Shown here: positions 56,282 to 64,000 of the stretch, piece by piece
Layout: each line of letters opens with the position of its first letter
How positions within the stretch are numbered: the first letter of the stretch is position 1
DNA from: an uncultured delta proteobacterium
Lineage (GTDB): Bacteria > Desulfobacterota > Desulfobacteria > Desulfobacterales > Desulfatirhabdiaceae
Assembly (NCBI GenBank): GCA_963789395.1
Contig: CAWBKP010000025.1
Location: 59,908-123,907, forward strand
Length of the DNA: 64,000 nt
Direction: 5' to 3'
Notes under the pieces: model-generated
Database searches by the model: none
The model's input: only the letters and a program-made list of their open reading frames with translations
What the model was told of the DNA's origin: nothing
Program-made: the position numbers and the translations under genes

Positions 56282-56410
56282 ATGTCTACCAAAACTTTCA
56301 GTGTCTGCGGCATGTGTACGGTGCGCTGGCCGATACAGGTTCGAAACCGAGCACGGAGAGGGAAAATGTGCAGCCGGCTGGGATGAAGCCCTGGATATTG
56401 GCATGAAAGG
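56282..56410 (+). pseudogene. Remnant of a PhsA/PsrA-like molybdoenzyme N-terminus
   Basis: RBS aaggag; MSTKTFSVCGMCTVRWPIQV then WDEALD, mirroring 26418-26680 with a large internal deletion. Confidence 0.7.
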
Positions 56411-56582
56411 CGAGAGTCGATCTACTGGATCCTGCACGGCGGCAGAAGCATTGCCATTTCAAGAGCATTTGTTTCCGTGACGCAGGCTAACCAAAACGGA
56501 TAACAGGCCATGACACAGACCGTTCTCTGAAATTGGCGGCGCAGCATGTGTTTATTACGATAATAAAAGGTTTTTCGAGGAC

Positions 56583-57431
56583 ATGATTTTCAAACGGGAA
56601 TTCATCGGCGAAGCGCTGGGCACATTCATGCTGGTGCTGTTCGGTTGCGGATCGGTTGCGGTCTCTGTTTTATTCAATGCGCATCAGGGTTGATGCAGGT
56701 GGCCCTGGTCTGGGGGATCGGAGTGACCCTATCCATATATCTTACACGGCACTTGTCCTGTGCGCATCTTAACCCGGCAGTCAGTCTGGCTATGGTTGTA
56801 AGCGGGAGAATGCCTTTCCGGAAGATGCCGGTTTATATCGGGGCGCAGTTCGCGGGCGCCATCCTTGCCGGATTGACGCTGTATATGCTGTTTGCATCTT
56901 CAATCGGTGCATATGAAGCTGTTCATGGCATCGTTCGCGGTTCGGCAGGGTCGGTAAAGACGGCCATGATGTTCGGCGAATACTATCCCAACCCCGGCGC
57001 TGCGGCCGTTGTTTCCATGCCTCTGGCAATCGGCGCTGAAGCCTTTGGCACGTTCCTGCTGGTGCTGATGATTTTTGCGCTGACAGAAGGATGCAATGTG
57101 GGGCGTCCGGACGATGCCCTGGCGCCCGTGTTCATCGGCTTGACCGTGACTTCGATTATCTGCCTGATCGCACCGCTGACGCAAGCCGGGCTGAACCCCG
57201 CGCGCGATCTGGGTCCCCGGCTGGTAGCCTGGCTCATGGGATGGGGAGATGCCGCGTTTCCCGACCGCGTGGGCGGTTTCGTTTACGTCTACGTGTTGGC
57301 ACCTTTGTTCGGTGGCGTACTCGCGTCACTTTTTTTTGTCCGCATGCTGGAGCCGGCCATGAAACAGGTCGCCCGATCGATGCTGCTGCGAAGCCGACAA
57401 ATCTAATTCAACCAAAGGAGAAATACGATGA
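56583..57431 (+). CDS. MIP-family channel (aquaporin/aquaglyceroporin), frameshifted
   Basis: EFIGEALGTFMLVLFG; HLNPAV and GLNPAR NPA boxes. Confidence 0.9.
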
Positions 57432-58532
57432 CGGCTCGACTGATTCTGGTAGGCGGCTTTCTGGGAGCCGGGAAAACGACCTTGCTTTGGGAGAGCGGCC
57501 CAGAGGCTAGCTGGCCGGGGCCTGCGTGTCGGGCTGATCACCAATGATCAGGCCCCCGAACTTGTCGACACCGCATTTCTTTCCCGCAACGACGTCAAGG
57601 TTGCGGAAGTTGCCGGCAGTTGCTTCTGCTGCAATTTTCAAGGGATTGATCGGCGCCATGTCCAAGGCCCGTGCGGAAGCGGACGCCGATGTGCTCATCG
57701 CAGAGCCGGTAGGCAGCTGTACAGATCTTTCCGCGACCATTGTTCAGCCGCTAAGGGATCGGTTTCAGAAGGAATTCGTGATTGCCCCCTTGTCGGTCAT
57801 GGCCGATCCCGTGCGTCTTGCGGACATTCTTGACGGCGGAACGGCCGGATTGCATCCCAGTGCCGCCTACATCTTCCGTAAACAGATTGAGGAAGCCGAT
57901 ATCATTGTTATCAGCAAAACGGATCTGCTCACCCCGGCAGAGCTGGACGTGCTGAAGAGGCGGCTGGCTCAAACCTACCCGGATATGGCCATTTTTGCCG
58001 TAAGCGCCAAGACCGGCAAGGGGCTCGATGCATGGCTGGATGAAGTGACAACGCGTACCGACTGCAGGAAGTCACATTGCCGAAGTGGATTACGATGTCT
58101 ATGCGGAAGGCGAGGCAGTCCTTGGCTGGCTGAATGCCACCATCCTGCTGCGTGGCGAGCCGGCTGACTGGAACGTTTTTGCCGGCAAATTCCTGAGCGG
58201 TCTGAGCCAACGCTTTGACAGCATGGGCGCATCAGTCGGTCATGTCAAACTCCTGGTCGAAGCAGGCGACAGCTTCCTGATCGGCAACCTGACCGGCAAG
58301 GAAGAGACACTCAGCATTCGCGGTCAGGCGGGGACAGGTTCCGAAGCCCGGATGACCCTGAACGCACGGGTTCAGATGCCGCCGGAAACACTGGAGACGA
58401 TCGTGCGTGAGACGATTGCCGCGACCCCCAGGGACATATCACGGCCACTCCGGTTGCCTGGCGTTGTCTGAGTCCGGGCGGCCGAATCCAACCCATCGCT
58501 ACGACCAAGTCGTTGCAATGAAAACGATATGA
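57428..58532 (+). CDS. CobW/HypB/UreG-like G3E GTPase (metallochaperone), frameshifted
   Basis: GGFLGAGKTT, ITNDQA, EVAGSCFCCNF, AEPVGSCTDL and SKTD motifs. Confidence 0.85.
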
Positions 58533-58782
58533 TCACCGAAACAGGGGGCGCCCGTAAACTTATATATTGATGTACGTCCCCAATTTACCGGAATTTTGCT
58601 GCAGCTCAGGATAAAATCGGCGGCGGTCAGCTCAGAATCGCCGGTGTTGACGCCGATGGTGACGTCAGAAGGAAATATGCAGACTGAATATATTAGGTAT
58701 TGCGGCGCAACCCCGCCCAAAACAGACCAGCGAGCCCGAAATACCAGGCGCTCGGGCTAATTCTTTCTTCTCCCTTGCATGA

Positions 58783-59355
58783 TTAGCTTTCCGGGCAATC
58801 CTTGTTCAGGGCATCTAGAAATGCCTGCTGTATCCGTGGATACCCCAGATCCTGAGCCTTGCGCACGTCTTTTCGAGCTTCCATACATTTCTTTTCGGAA
58901 AAATATGCGATCGCCCGATTGTAATAGGCATTTGCCAAATTCGGATTCAGATGAATCGCCTGGCTGAAATCACTGATGGCCAGGGCATGCTGGCCTAAAA
59001 TTCCGTGTGCAGCGCCGCGATCGGCATAAGCATTGGCATTTTCCGGGTTGAGCGAGATGGCGTGCGTAAAATCGTCAATGGCCTGCTCATGCTTTCCCAA
59101 TCGCCCCAGAACACGTCCGCGACTGTAGTACGCGTCGGCAAATTGGGGGTCGCTGTTGATTGCCTCGGTAAAATCCTTGACAGCATCTTCAAAATTTCCG
59201 ATTTGAGTGTAGGCATTGCCGCGTTCAAAAAAGATACGGGCTGTTTTATTTACGGCAGGTTCCGGTGTTTGCGCGGGTGGGACTGTTTGGGTGGTAGAAC
59301 ATCCCAAAGCAACTAAAACCATGATACTTAAAATCACGACGATTAATTTTTTCAT
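58783..59355 (-). CDS. TPR-repeat lipoprotein
   Basis: MKKLIVVILSIMVLVALGC lipobox; about four TPRs (AYYSRG, AYADRG, AYYNRA). Confidence 0.88.
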   Translation of the reverse strand: MKKLIVVILSIMVLVALGCSTTQTVPPAQTPEPAVNKTARIFFERGNAYTQIGNFEDAVKDFTEAINSDPQFADAYYSRGRVLGRLGKHEQAIDDFTHAISLNPENANAYADRGAAHGILGQHALAISDFSQAIHLNPNLANAYYNRAIAYFSEKKCMEARKDVRKAQDLGYPRIQQAFLDALNKDCPES

Positions 59356-59524
59356 TGACCCTTCCTTGGTTCGGATAGTTCTTCGCGGTGATATGCAAAA
59401 TGAACCGCTGCTGACGCGCTCATTTGAACAAGTATAAACGATTCCTTGCGGGAATGAAAGCGCTAATGCCGGATTCTGCTGTTTGAAAAGCATATCCGAT
59501 TGAAAGCAATCTGGAAAAAGGATT

Positions 59525-59724
59525 TCATGACAACGGCGCAGCTTTCTGATAGGCGGTGATGGCGGCGATGACATGGCAGATCCACCCAGAAATCCGCCGG
59601 AGCCTATCCAGAGGCCGGGGGTGATAATCAGCCAGAAAATGCCCCGCCAGAAATGGCCGTTATAAAACTGTCCTATACCGGGAAGCAGGAGGCTCATTAC
59701 CGCGGCATTACCGGCACGTGTCAT
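59525..59724 (-). CDS. Small membrane protein (TM2/DUF5683-like), frameshifted
   Basis: AAVMSLLLPGIGQFYNG..GIFW; shifted tail WICHVIAAITAYQKA. Confidence 0.7.
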
Positions 59725-59928
59725 GTGAAATCCTTTTCAGTCGATTCGGGGTATTGATTTGTATCCTCTTTTCAGAATATGTAAACGTTGCGACAAGTTA
59801 GCAGAATTGTTCATCTTGATCAAGTTCTTTAATGCGGTTGCCCACCTGAAGCCTTTCAGGCTGATAAAACATGGCCGGCAAAGATATACTTGATTTCAGC
59901 TGTCCGACAGGGCTATTATAATTTTTTG

Positions 59929-60133
59929 GTAACTACTCAAGTATTCAGGAGTCAGAATTCAGGAGCCAGAATGAGGGACCCAGCAAATCCGTTTTTGCCA
60001 ATATTGTCCAAAGGTCCCTTGGTGATGGTACTGAGCCATCCCGCTTGATTGAAGAAGCCGGTAAATTGATCGAAGGTTATATGCGGGCTATTCTGAATTC
60101 TGCCTCCTGAATTCTGTATACCTGAGTGGTTAC
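59929..60133. repeat. Inverted-repeat-bounded miniature element with 7-bp periodic arms
   Basis: gtaactactcaagtat / atacctgagtggttac (14/16 IR); inner arms caggagtcagaattcaggagccagaat / attctgaattctgcctcctgaattctg. Confidence 0.8.
59971..60110 (+). pseudogene. Possible internally deleted four-helix-bundle (23S rRNA IVP/bAvd-like) gene
   Basis: Begins ATG MRDPANPF and ends RLIEEAGKLIEGYMRAILNSAS-stop, resembling both termini of that family as I recall them. Confidence 0.55.
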
Positions 60134-60192
60134 AATTATTGATCCGATAATGAAGTTATGAATGACAGACAGCCTGAAGACAGTGTTGAATT

Positions 60193-61341
60193 ATGAATTT
60201 TAATCCGTGCATGAAGCATAAGGTGGTGCGCAAGACGGTCCGGGAGTTTGCCGAAACAGAGCTGGGTCCCATCGTCAGCGACATCGATCGTGAAAGCCGG
60301 TTCCCATGGGAAGTCATTGAAAAGATGCGCCCGCTCAATTTCTTCGGCCTTCAGATTCCCAAATCCTATGGCGGCGCGGAATTCGACAGTATCAGTTATG
60401 CGATCACGGTCGAGGAGCTGTCCCGGGTAAGCGCCGCCATCGGATTGTGTGTCACCGTTCACAACAGCGTTGCAGCTTATCCTATAGTCCGGTTTGGAAC
60501 TGATGAGCAGAAAAAACATTTTTTGCCTTCCCTTGCCAGCGGCGAGCGCATCGGCGCCTTCTGCCTTTCCGAGGCGAATGCCGGTTCCGATGCCGGTGGG
60601 GTTGAGACGCATGCAGTGAAAGATGGGGATTCCTATGTGATCAACGGCACGAAAATTTTTGTAACCAACGGCGGGGTCTGCGCTCTGGCCCTGATTTTTG
60701 CCGTTACTGATCCGGAAAACGCCAAGTCCGGCGCCAGCGTGTTCATGGTGGAAAAAGAGACGCCCGGTTTTTCCGTTGGTGAAATCGAAGATCTTTGCGG
60801 CATGCGGGCCAATCCGGTATCCTCTCTTTTTTTTGAAGACTGCCGGGTGCCTGCTACCTGTCTACTGGGCCGTCCGGGGGATGGTCTGAGGATCGGTCTG
60901 GCTGCTCTTGATACGGGCAGAATCGGAATCGCCGCGCAAGCACTGGGAATCGCCCAGGCTGCATTTGATTCAGCACTGAAATATTCCAGGGAGCGCCAGC
61001 AGTTCGGCCGATCCATCTCGTCCTTTCAGACCATCCAGAATTATCTGGCGGACATGTCAACGGAAATAGACGCCGGCCGGTTGCTGCTCTATCGCGCCTG
61101 TGCCTTCAAGGATTCCGCCAGGGCTTTCGGAGCGGAGGCAGCCAAGGCAAAGCTGTATTGCAGCGCCCTGGCTTCACGGGTAACAACCGCGGCCGTACAG
61201 ATTCACGGCGGATACGGCTATAGTAAAGAATACGACGTGGAGCGGTATTTCCGGGATGCAAAAGTCACTGAAATTTATGAGGGAACCAGCGAGGTGCAGC
61301 GAATGGTCATCGCCCGCGCCCTTCTTTCCCGGCCGACATGA
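60193..61341 (+). CDS. Acyl-CoA dehydrogenase (butyryl-CoA dehydrogenase-like)
   Basis: FCLSEANAGSDA, NGTKIFVTNG, REQ-like RERQQFG, QIHGGYGY and EIYEGTSEVQR motifs. Confidence 0.94.
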   Translation: MNFNPCMKHKVVRKTVREFAETELGPIVSDIDRESRFPWEVIEKMRPLNFFGLQIPKSYGGAEFDSISYAITVEELSRVSAAIGLCVTVHNSVAAYPIVRFGTDEQKKHFLPSLASGERIGAFCLSEANAGSDAGGVETHAVKDGDSYVINGTKIFVTNGGVCALALIFAVTDPENAKSGASVFMVEKETPGFSVGEIEDLCGMRANPVSSLFFEDCRVPATCLLGRPGDGLRIGLAALDTGRIGIAAQALGIAQAAFDSALKYSRERQQFGRSISSFQTIQNYLADMSTEIDAGRLLLYRACAFKDSARAFGAEAAKAKLYCSALASRVTTAAVQIHGGYGYSKEYDVERYFRDAKVTEIYEGTSEVQRMVIARALLSRPT

Positions 61342-61351
61342 CGGATAGCCC

Positions 61352-62206
61352 ATGCTGAAACTGATTGTATGTATCAAGCAAGTTCCCATGGTATCGGAGC
61401 TTCCCTGGGATTCCAAGACCGGCACCTTGAAACGGGACATGGCGGAAGGCATGATGAATCCCGCCTGCAAACATGCCCTGGAAGCGGCCCTGCAAATCAA
61501 GAGCAGCCATGGCGCCCATATCACGACACTTTCCATGGGGCCGCCCATGGCAGAGGAAATCCTTCGAGAATCTCTGGCAATGGGTGCGGACCGGGGTATA
61601 TTGCTGACGGATCCCCGGATGGCCGGGGCAGACACCCTCATCACCTCTTTTACCCTTGCCCGTGCGATCAAGCTGGCGTGTCCGGACTTTGACCTGATTC
61701 TTTGCGGGCGGCACACCAGTGACAGCGAAACCGCCCAGGTCGGCCCGCAGCTGGCACAGGAGCTTGAAATCGCTGCGGTTGCCTATGTGGAAAAGATTGC
61801 AATCAGCGGCCAGAGAGTCAGAATGCAGCGTGAATCCGATGAGTTCCTTGAAACCCTGGAAATGGACATGCCCGGTCTGATTACGGTAACAACCACCTGC
61901 TTTGCGCCCCGCTTTGCGCCCATGTCCGGACTCCAGGACGCTTTTGAGTCAGGAGAGATCGCTTTGCGGAACCTGAGTCACCTTGGCCTGGAAGCCGGAA
62001 CCGTGGGCATGAACGCCTCACCCACCCGAATACTGAATGTTTACTCGCCAACAGCACGCAAAAAAAATATTGTTCTGAAAGGCGCGCCTAAAAAAAGCGC
62101 GGAAACCCTGTTCGAGCAGTTCGGAGACAAGCTGAGCGGCGCCATGGCAAAAGATCTCAAAACCCACGATCATGACCAAACTGACGATGAAAGTGAAGAT
62201 GAATAA
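61352..62206 (+). CDS. etfB: Electron transfer flavoprotein beta subunit
   Basis: VCIKQVP, SMGPP, GADTLIT, TAQVGP and SPT motifs. Confidence 0.92.
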   Translation: MLKLIVCIKQVPMVSELPWDSKTGTLKRDMAEGMMNPACKHALEAALQIKSSHGAHITTLSMGPPMAEEILRESLAMGADRGILLTDPRMAGADTLITSFTLARAIKLACPDFDLILCGRHTSDSETAQVGPQLAQELEIAAVAYVEKIAISGQRVRMQRESDEFLETLEMDMPGLITVTTTCFAPRFAPMSGLQDAFESGEIALRNLSHLGLEAGTVGMNASPTRILNVYSPTARKKNIVLKGAPKKSAETLFEQFGDKLSGAMAKDLKTHDHDQTDDESEDE

Positions 62207-63200
62207 ATCGGGACCAAGCATTTGGGTTTTCGGTGATTACCGGAATTATTTTCAGAACCGGGTGACGTTGCAGCTTCTTGCCCGTGCCAGAGAACTGGCG
62301 CCTGCAATCGGTGCCGAAGTCTGTGCGGTTGTATTCGGCAGCCAGGTGAATGCGTATATCAGCGAATACATTGCTCACGGTGCCGAAACAGTGTATGTGA
62401 CTGATGACTCGATTTTGAAGGATTACTGCGTTGAAACCTACGTGAATCTGGCTGAGCGGCTCATCCGGCAGCTTCAGCCGGATATTTTTTTGATCGGGGC
62501 CACGGATTTCGGTCGTGAATTCGCTCCGCGGGTCGCCAAACGACTGAAAACCGGACTGACTGCAGACTGCATCGGTCTGGATATCAATACTGACGGCCTT
62601 CTGGTTCAAACAGCGCCCTCCTTTGGCGGCAATCTCATCGCAACGATCATCACCCCTGAAAAACGGCCCCAGATGGCTACCGTCAGGCCGGGAACTTTCA
62701 AGGAATTACCCCACGATGATGCGGCAACCGGTCGTGTCGTGTCCGTTCCCCTTCCAAACGACCTTCCGATGGCCCGCGTCCGCTTGATCCATTCCGAACG
62801 CAAACCGCCTCGGGAGCAGCGGATTGAAGATGCCGGAATCGTCATCTGCGGCGGCCGGGGAATGGGGAGCAAGGCAAAATTCAAAAAACTGTTTGAAATG
62901 GCGCGCCTGATGGGTGCGGAAGTAGGGGCCACCCGTCCGGTTGTTCATTCACAATGGGCGGATCATGATTGCCTGGTTGGCCAGGCAGGAAAAAACATCC
63001 GTCCCCAGATTCTTTTTTCTTTCGGCGTAAGTGGTGCCATACAGCATACCGCCGCCATTCATGATGCCGAACTTATCATCGCCGTCAACAAAAACCCCAA
63101 TGCCGCCATGATGAAGATGGCCGATGTCGCCATCGTGGCAGACGCCAGCCAGTTTTGCTCTGCGCTGATCCGGGAACTGAGAAAACGGATCCGGGAATGA
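62199..63200 (+). CDS. etfA: Electron transfer flavoprotein alpha subunit
   Basis: TGLTADC, PQMATVRPG, GGRGMG, VGQAGK and GVSGAIQH motifs. Confidence 0.92.
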   Translation: MNKSGPSIWVFGDYRNYFQNRVTLQLLARARELAPAIGAEVCAVVFGSQVNAYISEYIAHGAETVYVTDDSILKDYCVETYVNLAERLIRQLQPDIFLIGATDFGREFAPRVAKRLKTGLTADCIGLDINTDGLLVQTAPSFGGNLIATIITPEKRPQMATVRPGTFKELPHDDAATGRVVSVPLPNDLPMARVRLIHSERKPPREQRIEDAGIVICGGRGMGSKAKFKKLFEMARLMGAEVGATRPVVHSQWADHDCLVGQAGKNIRPQILFSFGVSGAIQHTAAIHDAELIIAVNKNPNAAMMKMADVAIVADASQFCSALIRELRKRIRE

Positions 63201-63444
63201 GCGGCATACGGGCGTCATACAAGCTGGATAGTTATTACCCGATTCTGAATAGTAACGATCCAGCCAACCATTGACAGTCCGGAGATTATCGTCTGTAAAT
63301 CCGTTTTGGTGAATGATACCTTGTCTGGCAGAGATTTTGCTTTATTATTAATACAGTGCTGTTCCGTTTTCCGATCGGATGGGTGATATGGATGCCTGAG
63401 ACAAATCCATAGACAGCTGCAACCCCAAAAAAAGGATATGAACA

Positions 63445-63991
63445 ATGAATTGGATACGAAGGTTTTTGCTGGTTTTGGTTGTGGTTACAGGCAGTGGATG
63501 CGCAACGATTCCTCCGGGCCCGAGCGTTATGGCCATGCCGCCTTCAGGGAAGTCCTTTGATGCCTTTCGTATGGATGATGCTGACTGCAGGCAGTGGGCT
63601 GAGAGTCAGGTCGGCCTGAGTGCAAATGAGACTGTCAATCAGAATCTTGCCGGTGGGGCTGCAATCGGAACGATGCTGGGAGCAGGCCTGGGCGCATTGA
63701 TCGGCTCTGCCTACGGCAACGTAGGTGCCGGTGCCGCAATCGGGGCTGCCAGCGGACTGGCATTCGGTGCTGCCGGGGCAAGCGGACCTGCCTATGCATC
63801 CGGTTATGAAGTCCAGACGCGTTATGATATCGCCTATCAGCAGTGCATGGTTGCAAAAGGGAAACCAGTTCCCGGGGGGAGTCCGTGAAACCAGAAGAGT
63901 GTATTATATGTCGCCCCCACCGCCGGTTTATGGCCCATGGCCGCCTGCCGTGTCGCCATATTACATGTATCCGCCGCCCCCGTTTTATTGA
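63445..63991 (+). CDS. Glycine-zipper lipoprotein with Pro/Tyr-rich tail, frameshift near 63875
   Basis: GSGC lipobox, CATIPPGPSVM, GAAIG..GAGLGALIG, YDIAYQQCM; shifted tail YYMSPPPP..PPPFY. Confidence 0.8.
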
Positions 63992-64000
63992 CACCATGAT

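Noticed and set aside
54586..56313. Long antisense ORFs (also 38098-39426, 50775-51905, 438-1166 and others)
   Set aside because: These are shadows of well-supported genes on the opposite strand and have no recognisable motifs.
58783..59724. 313-aa membrane protein-TPR fusion
   Set aside because: A frameshift joins a small membrane gene (true stop near 59525) to a lipoprotein that has its own RBS, ATG and lipobox at 59355.

Overview
A 64-kb chromosomal window from an anaerobic Desulfobacterota-like bacterium; the taxon is inferred from gene content and protein style. The left part is mostly housekeeping: manA 3' end, rfbA, an ODP-type MBL protein coupled to a PP2C phosphatase, dapA, an RND efflux pair, glyQS, beta-carbonic anhydrase, a GHMP kinase, recO, surA, mfd and tRNA-Thr(CGT). 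A small accessory stretch follows the tRNA (ankyrin, coiled-coil, ExeA-LysM and GAF-GAF proteins). The centre is an energy-conservation locus. It holds a Tat-less PhsA/PsrA-like molybdoenzyme, a divergent 4Fe-4S gene, and a 16-kb complex I-like operon. In that operon a [4Fe-4S protein + NuoE + HydB-type NuoF + short NuoG-like] module with electron-bifurcation signatures sits between nuoC and nuoD, and the membrane arm has four antiporter-like subunits. The right part holds pyrF, rfbB, selA, a degenerate GGDEF-TPR protein, hemC, cobA-hemD, moaA, an FmdE-MoCF fusion, an aquaporin plus CobW-like GTPase, and acyl-CoA dehydrogenase-etfBA. Several families of dispersed palindromic intergenic repeats occur; one encloses an apparent internally deleted four-helix-bundle gene. 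Many genes after ~14 kb carry single-base frameshifts that look like sequencing errors, so coordinates of those genes are reconstructions. No CRISPR array, integrase or intact transposase was seen.
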